Source of the DNA: Ramazzottius varieornatus
Taxonomy: Eukaryota; Animalia; Tardigrada
Assembly: GCA_001949185.1 (NCBI GenBank)
Contig: BDGG01000001.1
Coordinates: 6,906,325-6,970,324, forward strand
Direction of reading: 5' to 3'
DNA: 64,000 nucleotides
Made by a program: the position numbers and the translations under genes. Shown one piece after another: positions 49,629-61,906 of the stretch. The first letter of the stretch is position 1. Each line of letters opens with the position of its first letter. The notes beneath the pieces are model-generated. The model was not told the origin of the DNA. It did no database searches and was given only the letters and a program-made list of their open reading frames with translations.

Positions 49629-50883
49629 CTATGTTATCACACATTTTCCTTTTAACTTATCGGAAGTTTTGTTCTTCTTGTCGCCTAGATTTAGCGACAT
49701 CTTCCGCTTCTTTTCCATCTGAAGTAGTTCCTGGAAGAGTTCGGTGATATTGTGATTAGTCTTTGCAGAAATCTCGATGAAACCACATCCCCAACTTTTA
49801 GCCAAGTGAGCAGCAGCTTCAGCTTTCACCTGTGGGGAAGAAAACACTCAGTTTAATATTCGGAATGAATTTGATAAAAGTGCGGGGTGAGCCGGACCTT
49901 GCCAAACAAGCCCGACAAGATCGTTTTTCCAAGGGGCGCACGCTTTCAGCCAACAATGCTGAGACCGTGCGCCAGATGGGAAAAGAAATCTTGTCGAGTT
50001 TGCTTGCCGAGCTCCCAACTTACTTCTCGGTGTGTCTCGTCGCTCTTATTCCCGACCAACATGATCGGTACAGAAGGCATCGTTTCTGCCCCCTTAATCT
50101 CTTTAATTAGTAGGTAAATGGGCCTCAGCTCTTCAAGGCTTGCCATGGAAGATATGGAATAAATTAATATGAAAGCGTGGCCGCGGGTTATCGACAGGCG
50201 TTGCATGGCCGGGAACTGGTGGGATCCCGCCGTGTCCGTGATTTGTAAGGTGCAGACGTTGCTGTCGCAGCTGATCACCTGTAAGAAAAACCATGGTGGT
50301 AACATGATTCCACCGAGAGCCGACAAGTACTCAGAGGGTCCTTATTGAATCCGAATAAAGACCGATCAACGATTTCTCCTTACTCGCCAGAGATCGCACC
50401 CGGAAGTCCCGTGAGACAGAGATCTGTCTGAGATATCTGCCTCGTGTCGTGAGTAAGTGGCATTATTTGGACCATGGGTTTTTGTCTATCTAACCGAATT
50501 AATTACGAATCAAGTGGATTTTTTGGGAATACGTGACCGCATAATGGCGACCCAGGCAAACGAGCCTCAGCGAGATTGCGTTTCAAGTGGCGCACTGTTT
50601 TAGCCAATACCAGCGAGAACGTGCATCACTTTGGGAAACAATCCTGTCAGATGATTTACAGAAACTTTGTTTTAACTTGCAAAGGACCACATAACTGTGG
50701 CATGGACGCTGCCGACGGTGTTCTTCGGAGTTTGGTATTCTTTACCTGCGTGTACGTGTCCTCGATGGTTGGTACGTAAGCATCTCTGAAGGTTTGTTTG
50801 ACGAAGCGCAAGGCCAGGGAAGACTTTCCGACACCGCCAGCTCCGAAAATGACGACACGATAGTCATTACTCTGTTCCGGCAT
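49629..50883 (-). CDS. DIRAS: Di-Ras small GTPase, 3 coding exons
   Basis: [54 protein letters not shown] and CaaX CVIT. Confidence 0.95.
49893..50017. repeat. Palindromic MITE-like element (Di-Ras intron, abutting splice donor)
   Basis: Arms plus 25-nt spacer; ends GCCGAGCTCCCA next to the minus-strand GTAAGT donor. Confidence 0.9.
50546..50660. repeat. Palindromic MITE-like element (Di-Ras intron)
   Basis: CAAGTGGCGCAC-N25-GTGCATCACTT. Confidence 0.8.
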
Positions 50884-53800
50884 TGCAACTCCCAGGACGA
50901 AGCGTGTGGTGTGGGCGCGGGCCCGCGCTTCCGCCTTTGGACCCAGACGGGACCTCCGACGACGCAGGGGATTCTTGCCCGGCTCCGATAACGAACGCTT
51001 GCGCTCTTGTACGGCTTTCTCTGCTTCCTTGACCGCCTTCAGATGGATCTCCTCAATTTCCGCCTCGGCTGGCCTGAGTAACTTCTGAAACCATACAACG
51101 CGTCAGTATACCAATGTAGGGTTATAAATAATCCAGGATCAGAGATAGAGTCAAGATTCAGCGGCATCCGCCCCCGCTTAATGGTTCTATCCAGGAAATC
51201 CTAAGCTAATCCCGGAAGAAGTCTTCCCAGACGTGTTGCGTAACCTGACCTTCTGCATTTCGGGAAGGCTAACCAACGCCTTGGACACGGAAACCTGGCA
51301 TCGTCCGCGTGCTGACATTTTGGTTTCGATGAATTCCAAAAGTGTTTCACAGATTAATCCGAACAATTTTGGTCAGGCAAAGAACTTCGAGGTTTCGGAA
51401 CAGTGAGTCTCGCTGGATTACAGGGACATTCGAGCTCGTGGATTCGGGGTCTTCGAGTGAAACACAGGGTATATATTTTCGCTAGCCACAAGCTACGGGC
51501 TTGTTGTGGTCGTGAACTATGTTCGAAGCAAGACCAAAACGTTGAACTACAAATTTCTCCCTAACCGTCTGACTAAAGCGGTATGCTTTTTATATTCAAG
51601 TGGAAGCTAAGTTTTATGGGATTAGCGCGCTGCGCTGTGCGGTCTCCGAGCTCGAGACTCCATCTGGAAAAAGTGGTGCAATCTGCCCCAATTGTCTCTA
51701 TGTCTCATTGAATTACACATCTGAAGCAACGCTAGCATTTTTCGCTGCAGCTAGTGCGGAAACGTAACGTAGGTCGAAACACACTGTGCAAGACACAAGG
51801 CTTGATCTTACCGGATGACGGTCCTGCCATTCACACGTTTTGCCATGGCGTGGTGACGTCACGGCAACTCAGCTTTCACAAACGGCTACTGCCATCTCCT
51901 CGCTGCACCGCGATGACGTCATGTGTCAAGACTTCGGAGAATGGACAAAATGAATACTGCACGGCGGCTTCCCGTACTTTTTTCCCCGTTCAATACAAGT
52001 TGGTTTCGGTCCGAAACTCGGATGAGTTTGACAGATGCTTGCTCATGGCTGGATGGCTGTTTACCTGGCTTTTGTGGACAGAGGAAGCTAATGGGGACCT
52101 TTTGTTTCACTGCATGATAATACAGTTAGAGCTTAATTTCTTTCGCTGTTGCGAGGGTTCTACGTCGAGCTTTGCCCTTTTATTGAACAACAACGGTGTA
52201 AATGGTTCCCGTAGGAATGCCTTTTGCGATGCACTTCATATCCTGGAGCGGTATGCACCGATATGACGATATAAATCTAAAGTGCCAATCGATTAGCTGG
52301 ATCGCACGAGCATTTTCTTCCGTCATCACCGTATGGCATTACGAGTAAGGGCGCACTTACACGGGGATGAAAGACTCTCTGTATAACATGCATTTCGGGG
52401 AGCGTCACGGCATAAATTGCGGATGGGTTTTGGCTCTCGAGTTAGGGCGCGCGCTGCTCCCTTCGTCTTGCATCAGAAAATTTGACGCATATATCCGCTT
52501 GGAGACCGGAAGGAAGGAGCCAGCATGTAAAAGAAATCGTTTTTCTGTTTGATATATTGATTTCTCACTCAGCTTCGGTTTTCAGCTGTTCTTTGTCGTA
52601 TTTTTTTATGACCCTGACATTCACATCATCATTGATGGTGGAATGTAATCCACCCGATGAGAAACGTCACGCGACCCCATCAAGCGATTCTGATCTCTCG
52701 AATGAAGTCTCCCTTTTGAGGGTCATGAAAAAAACATTTAGAAATGAAAACCGCCTTTCTCCATGAAGAAGATGGCTCTTGATCGTTTCATTTTCTCCCC
52801 ATGCTGCTCCTGACAAAAGGAAGATTAAACCTTTCCGTAGATGCTACACTTACTCAAAGGTTTCTGATGATACTCTACACAATCACAACGAAAGCTGAAA
52901 ACAGTCGCGAAAGTTCTTGCCCAAATAATCAGTCACGGTTCGATTGTCCAGATCAAACCTACGCTCAGTCAACCGGTGGGCAAAGACGAAAGCCAAGTGC
53001 CGACGTCAGCGCATATCCGGTTCGTGCATGGTAGATCTCGATTGATTTTGAATCGTTGATTGACCAAGAAGTCTGTTAGAGTCACAGTCATCGTCACAGT
53101 TGGACGAATTTGAAAAAAGGGGTACTCACGCACTGTAAATTAGCCTTTGCGGAAGTGTAAAAAGTGACGAGTCCAATCAGTATTAAAATTCCATGTTGAC
53201 GCAAAGACTGGTTGAAAGAGACTTAGTGGGCCGGAAAACACGTAATCCCAGATGGCGTACGCAGGGATAAAGTCCAAATCGAAGACAATTAAGGCCGGCA
53301 GTATTCTGGAGTATACCGACACTTGTCGAGAATAATTAGAGCAGGGAATGAGACAATAGAAGAGTCAAACGGTCAGAAGATATTATCCAGTAACAGCCAA
53401 GCCAAATGGGTGATGGCAACCTTGTTCTTACATCTCAATGGTGAAGTCTCGAGAGAGGTCTACGTTGTCGTTAACAGTTCAATACATTGATGCTTGCTGT
53501 CTTTCCTGGATTTCATTTCTACATGAAGGAAGTAAATTGGAGGGAGAGTTGACTCAGTTGACAAATGTACGAAAACAAAAAGCAGACTATTCACTTGAAG
53601 GGAACACAGGTCGAAACGCTTCTGTCTCGTCTTACTCAATCTTCCCTATTTTTCTGAAGCTTGAGAGTCTGCCGATCGTACAGGCAAGCCTTTCCCCAAA
53701 AGCGTATTACACTCTTGGCTGTTCTTACCAGTGATACTTTACGATGCATTCAGCACATTTCGATCTGTGGATGACGTTCAAATGGCAAAAGAGGAGTTTG

Positions 53801-54559
53801 GGCATGACCTCAATGAGATGCAGGGCAGAAAGGGAAGAGGGACAGTCCCAGCGTGAAAAGAGGAAATGACTTGTGTGCAATATCGATCTGTCTTTCTTCC
53901 AGAGTTTCACTTAGGTCGTGGGGAGTGAAACGCCTGAATACAACATAATTAAGAAGTCCTTGATTCTCCCCTTCCTTGTTCACTTCGCCCCGCTGGCTTT
54001 CTCCCCACACGCCGACTCTCCGCCTTTCCTTACTTTTCTGTCAAATTAAAAATTTAATCTCCTGCCATTGTACAGTGCGGGTTACGCCTTGGTAAAGCCA
54101 AATGCCGACACGTGAGCTCTTTCTTCTTCGGCAACTGATGGCCGGCAAACACGAGATGACATCTTGCCGTGTCAAGTTCTTCCAAGCACGAGACGTGGCC
54201 TGAATAGAGATTGGCCTCACGTGATGACACCTTTCTTCCTGTCATTCTTCCAACAGATGTTTCGTTGACACGTTTATTGGAAAGCCAAGTTTTCAGATTA
54301 ACTGACCAGCAGCTAAATTCACAGAAGGTTCTCCAAAACCAAAAGCTTTCCACCAGGACCTGCACTCTGAGAAAATTGGAAAAGAGGTTCTGTAAAAAGG
54401 CTAAAACGGTAAAAGAGAATTCTGGCCATGAGAGGGAACAATGTCAAAATGAGAGTATCAAACTAAAAGGAATCGAAGGCATTTCCGTCAGAAAGGCAAC
54501 TTGAGGAAGGATAGAGAAGAGTACACCACAACAAGACATCTTCGACCAATATCAAAACA

Positions 54560-56764
54560 TCACACCAAGCTTTTGCTGAGCACCGACAAATCTTTGAAAA
54601 CTTCCCGAGCATCGTACTTGTGTTCTAAGAACAAACCTTGAATTTGAGCCAGAGTCACGTTGGCCGCAGTGTCCATCACCAAGCTGGCGAAGAGCTCGGC
54701 GGTCGCCTCCGGTTCTTCCGGGTAGAACCGCATGAAGATCTTCTTCAGCTGGTACTCTGTGGCGTAACCGACGTGCTGCGACAAGTCGATTCGACCTGGA
54801 CGAAGAAGGGCTGGATCCAACCTACAAAAGTCGAACTTGACAAACGAAAGACCGGAGAAAACCATGCATAGGCCGATCGGCACATAAATTCACACAGATT
54901 GTTTTACCAAGTGGCGCACTCTCTTGGCCAATACTAACGCAACCGTGCGCCACATTGGGTAACGATCTGGGTGAATATTTGCTGATGCCGCAATTAGCTT
55001 GACGGACGTATAGGTCATGTCATGATGTCATGCCATATGACGTGATGTTATACCTATATACTAAGCATGCGAGTACCTGTCAACGTAGTTGGTCGTGAGG
55101 AAGAGGATGCGTCCTTCCGAAGATGCGGCACCGTCGATGGCATTCAAAAACCCGCTAAAAGTCAGCCGACTCATTCCATCAAATGCCACATTCTCTAAAA
55201 AGAACGAAAAGATGTGATGTGTCAGAATAACACCACTAAGTCAGCAGACCAAGAATAGCTTTCAAATAGAAAATTGACAACTTGCTGTTATTTTCTCCAG
55301 GTCGAGCTATCTTGACATCATGACTCGTGACACCTTCTCGGCTGACGAATGCTGCGTCCGCATCCTGAAATATCCCAATGTGATTTTGCGAAAACCAAAC
55401 AGCGATACGAGGTTATGATTCAACTTACCTCCAATAGGAAGAGAGAGTTTTGCGGTGCCGTCGAAAGAAGCGTGGCGAAGATGTCATCTGTCAGCCATCG
55501 CTCTGAAAAAGATATTCATAAGCAAGTGGTTAGAAAAGCAGAATATGACGGATGTGTACCTGATAAGTTCAGAATGCAGATGTTCAGCGAGAAGTAGCCA
55601 GCCAGCGCCATGATGAAGCTCGTCTTGCCCGTTCCCGGTGGTCCATACAGCAGATATCCTCTCCTGTACGGAATCCCACGATTGACGTACCAGTCGGCAT
55701 GTTCCACGAAGTGCTCGAGATCCCTCAGAACTCGCTCAGCCACCCCATCGTCCAGCACCACCGACTCGACCGGTCGCTTGTGCAGCGGCGTGGCCATGCT
55801 GGTCCAGCAGGCGTTCATGGCGGAGTAGATGGTTGTTTTGCCTTCGTTCTTGGCATGGACGTAGGCTGAGGCTTCTTCCAGGATTTCCCTGTAGACTGAC
55901 GTGTCGCGACCATTGGTTCGGAGGGTCAGGGTCTCGAGAGGCCGAAGGGTGAAGCCGTTGTCGGACTGGGACTTGGTACGAGAAACCTGAATCCATTTAC
56001 CCTTGTGCCTGTAAATAAAGACGAAACGTCAGCTGACCAGATGGTTCGAACCGCTGACCACTGGTTTGCAGCATAGCAGGCCATACGATGTAGCCACTGG
56101 CGTCTAGCGATACAGGGCCGTGCCTAAACTATGCGTGTGCCAAACATTGTAAGGCGCATGACGTCACCGTAGGTTCGGGATCACATTATGTATACACTAT
56201 GACGCCGCGCGCGATCTAGAAGATCTTCTGAACTGCTTTGTTTGTCCACGTTTTTACCCAGGAAGCGGTACCTCGGTGGACAACTTGAATGACCCGCCCC
56301 GATACTTACACAAAGTGATGTGTGCCAGCAGAAGGAACAAATTCAAAACGGCTATTGTTCTTCTTGCCTCCAGAGTTCCATTGCTGATTAATGGTCTCCA
56401 CGCTCAGATGCAGAGGGTTCTGCAGCCTTCTCGCGTAGATCCACTGCAGTACCCATTGGAAGCTTTCATCGCTGCTGGGTATTTCCAGCGAGCAGGTCAT
56501 GTAAGACGAGTAGAAGTGCTGTCCGAGCGACCATATTTGCTGCAGTGCAGCCAGACACGCTCCCACTCCGACGATGCTGAACGTGGCTCCAAAGTAGGGA
56601 TTGTCCAGGAAGACTTGCGTGTAGTCCCACACCGAGATGTTCCACATCAGCTTCTGGCACACTGCGATGAGGATACCTACGAGCACGATCCCGATGCGAA
56701 CTGCAACGAATGCATCGTTGGCCACGAAGGACAGCAGGTCCAGAAAGATCGAACGAGCAGACAT
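54560..56764 (-). CDS. BCS1: Mitochondrial chaperone BCS1 (AAA ATPase), multi-exon
   Basis: Motifs [46 protein letters not shown] and [19 protein letters not shown]. The true start may be the later Met (MWNISV). Confidence 0.93.
54871..54990. repeat. Palindromic MITE-like element (BCS1 intron)
   Basis: CCAAGTGGCGCAC-N25-GTGCGCCACA. Confidence 0.85.
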
Positions 56765-57768
56765 TCCATCAGTAGGGTTTGAACATGCGTGAAGACGGCT
56801 GATTGATAGTTCCGTCAAGCTCCAATGACGGGCTTCCAACTCGATAACCCTGCAAACAAAACAGACTAGCAAGCGCTCAGAACAGCTACAGACTCAGCAG
56901 AACTAGAACTACAGCTGAGAGATGCAAGATGCCTTCCGCGGTCTGCAACGTGCAAACGAGCAACCCGAAGCTTGGAAATTCCAGTGGAGATTGGAAGATA
57001 CAGGAAGAGAAAGATGAATAATCAGTTAATCACTATGGCTCAGCGGCTCAGGCTCAGCTGCTTTTTTGCTACGCCTTGTCCACTCTGTGTACCGCTCCGC
57101 TTTGGCGGAATACTAATATCGTTGTGTATCATGTCATGTTATTTAATGTCATGTAAAACGTCACACTATGAAATAATGGCTTAGCGGAATAGCAGCTACA
57201 GTCCTGCAGAGTGCAGAACACTGATGAGCTGCTGTACCTCGCCTTGCTGGAGAGTGAGACACAGGCTCAGGTCGTGGATTGATTGTGTTATGCGAATATT
57301 CGTTACGTCACCGACTATGCCACCAAATGAATAAATGAATAAAATCAATTGAATAAACCTTTCCGTTGGACCAGAGTGATACTCTGGTTGGACTCTCACG
57401 AGCAAGCCATTACACCGGAAAGCATTGTTCGAATGTTTTAGAACTCTGAAATCTGAGAATAATGCCTTCCGCGATGCGGATCAGAGTATTCCTGCAATTT
57501 GTGGTTCGTAAAAAGTCAGCTAATGACTTGATTCCTCAACCTTCGATACCAATATTGATAGATGTTTATCTCCTATTTACAGCGGCTGTTGAGTCAGTCT
57601 GCATTTTGGCACGCCGTTGTTCGCAAAAGTCGAGGTACTGCAGCTCTACAGTGGTGCAGAATGCAGATTGCAGAATTGCAGATAATCGAATGTTCTCGCG
57701 ACGAGTTCTTCCGAATTTATATTACTTTCCTGATGAGTGATGAGTTTCCTCCAATGTTGCAGCATAAG

Positions 57769-59448
57769 ATGGATATTCCTCTTCCGGATGTTCCACTACC
57801 CGAGGTTGCACTGCCACTCCTACCCAACCCCGAACCGGAGATCCCGAACCATCTCGTTCCCGATGTCTCAATTTACTCGCACCAAGTGCGCGATCGCATG
57901 TACCGTCTGATCATTAGCCAGCTCTTCCAAGACGGCCATGGTCCACTGGGCGTCAGCTTGGCTACTGCTTTATCCCTGCACGAGCCTCCTTGTCCACCCT
58001 CCGATGAGCTCTATACCATCGTTTCTGGACTTACTCCGAAGAGAGCGCAGGATGGCGATGTAGGTGACGAGAAAAGTATCGATCTTAACGTGGACTCCTC
58101 CGTCGACATCACATCGCCACCGTTGACGGTGTATGAATTCGCCGTTGCTACTGGGCATCGTGGGCCGGTTAACGCCGCTGCTTTCAACTCTTCGGGCAAG
58201 CTGGTAGCAACTGGAAGTCAGGACGGATACATCAAGGTGTTCGACGTCGAGAAGATGATTCAGCGAGGACTTGATTTCCACAAATTACCTCCCGATCAAA
58301 TGGAACAGGTGAATCATCTTCCTGATCTACTCGCACTCTACGTCACCCAACTAAGTTGATGTTCCTTGAGTTGTTTCATGACGTCATTTGCTGATTTGAT
58401 GAAATTGAAATACACTATTTTCGAATGGATGATTGTACGGAACGGTCTGCCATGAGTGCCCAGATGCGGCTGGTTGCCCACTGCGGCTCGCTATTTGTGG
58501 ATCCACTGTCGCTTGACATCGCTCTCTTCGAAATTTCTCTTGGTATATTCAGGGATATAATTCTGCGTCTTTTGTTCCAGAGTGTGATCTACAGAGTGAT
58601 TCAAGACCACAACGACAACATTTCCTCCCTGTCCTTCCATCCAGATCCAGACCGTCAGCTTCTCCTCTCAGGGAGCTACGACTACACTGCCCGCCTCTTC
58701 AGCTTCGAGAAGTCCGGCTACAAACGCGCACTCCGCATCATACAAGAAGCTGAACCCATTCGCGAAGTGCTTTTCCACCCCTCCGGTCAATACGCCCTCA
58801 TCGGCACAGTCCATCCTACACTCCGCCTTTACGACATCGAAACCAATCGGTCCTTCGTCTCATCCAACAAGAACGACCAACACACTGGTAAAAAAAGCAT
58901 TTTCCGTCTTCGAAAATTCTGTTTACAAATTTTTTGTTATTTCAGGTTCAATAACGAGTCTCTCTTACACGAAAGACGGCCGGATGTACTGTTCGGGTTC
59001 GAAAGACGGTACGATTAAGCTGTGGGACGGCATAAGTAACCGTTGCATCCAGACGATCGTTTCCGCCCACGAAGGCACCCAGATCAACTCGGTCTGCTTC
59101 AGCAAGAACGGCAAGTACATTCTATCCAGTGGAAAGGATGCATTGGTCAAGCTGTGGGAAGTCTCGGCAGTGAGACCGCTGATGTACTACGCGGGAGCCA
59201 ACCTTCCACCCGGCATGACGCCCTTCCGGACCCAAGCACAGTTTAACCATGATGAAGAGCAAGTGTTGTACCCTAGTGCTTCTGGTCATTTGATCGTGTG
59301 GAATAGTCGCAATGCCGCTAGATTGGCTGCTTTACCTTTAGATCATAATGGCCTTGTGAAAAGATTGTGTCATTCCACGGCTGAACCGGCTTATCTGACT
59401 GCTGGCGAAGATGGCCGTATGCGGTTTTATGCGAAAATTCGAGCGTGA
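57769..59448 (+). CDS. CSTF1: Cleavage stimulation factor 50-kDa subunit (WD40), 3 coding exons
   Basis: Dimerisation domain MYRLIISQLFQDG; WD repeats (ATGSQDGYIK, HPTLRLYD, SGSKDGTIKLWDG, LSSGKDALVKLWE). The start could be 57733. Confidence 0.92.
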
Positions 59449-59618
59449 ATGTCAGACTGGGCTCTCGTTTTTTGTTGGTGTTTTGGATTATTCGAGAATA
59501 TTCCAAGCTCAGTAAACTGCCACGAAGCGAACTATTCTGGGTTACGATAATCTGAATAACAAATTGCTGGTATGCCAAAAAGAGATTTTCACAGGTCTCT
59601 GCTGCAATACAGTTGAGT

Positions 59619-60211
59619 TCAGGTTCGACTGACATCGCAAAAACGAACGGAAAAGGCGATTCGCTCGCCGTTAAGGGACAACTCAAACAGATGGGTATCG
59701 GCAGCCCAGTTTTGGGGATAACGATCGCTGGAAAAATTGTTCAGGAATTGACCTTTTAGTTTTGGGACCCCAAGAGCAAAGTCAAACTGCTGATGCAAAG
59801 TAGTGTAACAGAGATCGAAGAACACGATGCTGTAACCCGTCCCGCTGGCTGACCAGGGGCCAGATGGCTCCATCAGGGAATGACTTATGGGGGCTGGAGT
59901 TTCTAACAGTTACTGAAAGATTTCGACGTCCCAATGACGGCATACAGCTTGAAATGCGTCCGCCGCTGTTCTGACACAAACCCTCCTGTGGGGGTTATTG
60001 CAGCTGTTAACACTTTCAGCACGATCGTTTTCATGTTTGCAGAATACAACCGTCTTTGTGTATATAGAAATTTTATTGGCTGGTACCGTGTTGCGGAGGC
60101 TGGTCCAACCAATAGGCAATTTCGAAATTTCAAAATTCGGATAATTGGCAGGCCATGAACGCCAAATCTCAAAAAGGAGAACTGGTCGTCTTGATTTTCG
60201 TCTGACCGCAC
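59619..60211 (-). pseudogene. Possible degraded orphan gene fragment
   Basis: ORFs 59910-60119 and 59619-59873 share a frame and are separated by a single TAA (...HWDVEIFQ*LLETPAP...). No family recognised. Confidence 0.25.
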
Positions 60212-60623
60212 TGACGACTACAAAATTTATCCCAGGCTCGGCTTCGATAGATAAGACTGTCCCCAGTGATCCAGTGTTTTTCTAAGCGAATACCGTGCAC
60301 GTGTCTCGCGCGAAGAGACGAAACACCAAATTTCACCGAAACCACCTGAAACCATAGAAAAAATTTTCAGCGTGCTGGGGTTTTGCTGACCGCTGGTCAT
60401 TAGTGTTGCTTTGGTGAGAAGACCGAGGTACATGCAAAAAAAAGACCTATACCCGAAAGACCAAAAGCTAAAGAGGTGAATAAAACTGAGTGATTGTATA
60501 CACAAAGAGGACGGTCGTACGCAGAGTGTTAATCACCCCTGGAATTTTCGGAGAAATCTTCCCGAAAGAGTCAACAGTTTTTTGAAACTTCTGTCCGTGG
60601 CGAAGCGCCGCCAGATGCTCAAA

Positions 60624-61906
60624 ATGGGGAATAACTATGCAACAAGATTCAAAGCGCGAGCCGCTGACGCGCTAACAGTGTCTCCTCAAATGCGACATTC
60701 ATTCAAGAAGTTGGGCGACGTTTAGGGCTCCCCAACTTCCTCGTTCCTTTTTCATGTGAAGACCAATCCCGAGCTGCGCCAGCGAGAGGGTTCTTTTAGT
60801 CCAAAACCTTCCGCTCAAAACACACATCGAAAACTAGGCGTATAGGCCAACGAAAAGCCCCAGCACTACACTTTTCGAAAAATCTCGTCCGTTAACCACT
60901 GTTTCAAGAGGGGAAAGCTCCTGTTCGGACAGCTGCCAGCAATGTCCTGTAGGAACAACAACTGACTCGTTGTTAAAGGCCAGCCACATCGACTTGATCC
61001 TATGCTTTTTCGTGGCGGCGATACGTTGCCTCCCAGTGGAAGTAACCCTGGCTTTTCGACTTGAAAGCCGACTGCCACATCACCCAACCTTTCATACGAG
61101 TAGCTGGCTGACCACTTCCGGTAACCATCGCATGTTCATCAGGGCTCAGAAATCTCTCCATGATGCCATAATGGAGGTGGTGCTCGTCCTCCCATCGCCT
61201 CTAGTTTAATGGAAATCCACATGTCGTTCGGCGAATGACAGGCGTTAACTAACTTGCTTCAGAAATCATTTCTCAACTAAAGCACTGAGTAAAGGACGCT
61301 GCTCTACTGCCCTGTAGACCATTACAGCAACGCTGCCACCGTAACTCATATGTATACGCTCGTATTTTTCCTGATCCACAGGAACCGTTTCCTCACGAGC
61401 AGGACAAATGGTTGCTGGCGGTGCAAGAGAGCGCCGTGGTTGTACCCCGGATAGCTCCCTTGTGCCAACTAGACCAGCCTAAAACGGTTACCATTTTTTA
61501 CAGTCACAGGTCTCGCCATCGACAAACTGAAGGAGTGGCCTTACCGACACTGGTTCTTCGTTCTTCATAAAGGCAAAGCGGAAAACTTCATTCACTTCCT
61601 TCGTGACGTCGTCGACTTCTCTTTCCCCCTTACATGGTCCGTCCATCATAACACGCGCCCACCTGTTGAAACACACGGAGAAATCGACCAGCGACTACAA
61701 CAGAAATGTAAGACGAAGACCGACCTCACAGCGAAATCGTGCAGAACCTTCTCTGAGGAGACAGTCAGCCAGTCGGAAGACAAGACCTCGATCCTGAAAG
61801 CTTCATTCGGCAGTAAGCAAAAGATCATCCGTGGCTTGAAAGACCGCTTCCGCGAAACCGTCAACCTCTCGCCTAACAGCTGCAACGATCCAGCGTTCGT
61901 CCGTTA
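60624..61906 (+). pseudogene. Three-exon orphan gene or pseudogene, mostly missed by the ORF track
   Basis: Phase-1-compatible exons at 60624-60837, 60953-61120 and 61504-61906; the last is ~134 stop-free codons with no in-frame start. In-frame TAG at 60723-60725 and a GC first donor. Confidence 0.4.

Noticed and set aside
14008-50779. Recurring peptide motifs in the ORF track (QVAH, KWRT, VRHLGK)
   Set aside because: These are translations of the non-coding palindromic repeat, not a protein domain.
2929-54990. CRISPR interpretation of the conserved-arm/variable-spacer repeats
   Set aside because: The arms are inverted rather than direct repeats, loci are dispersed with at most two units, spacers share a loose consensus, there are no cas genes, and the context is eukaryotic.
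2889-54990. Introner (intron-generating element) interpretation of the palindromic family
   Set aside because: Copies lie inside introns that have unrelated flanking sequence and their own splice sites, and at least two copies are outside recognised coding genes. Element ends do not coincide with both intron ends.
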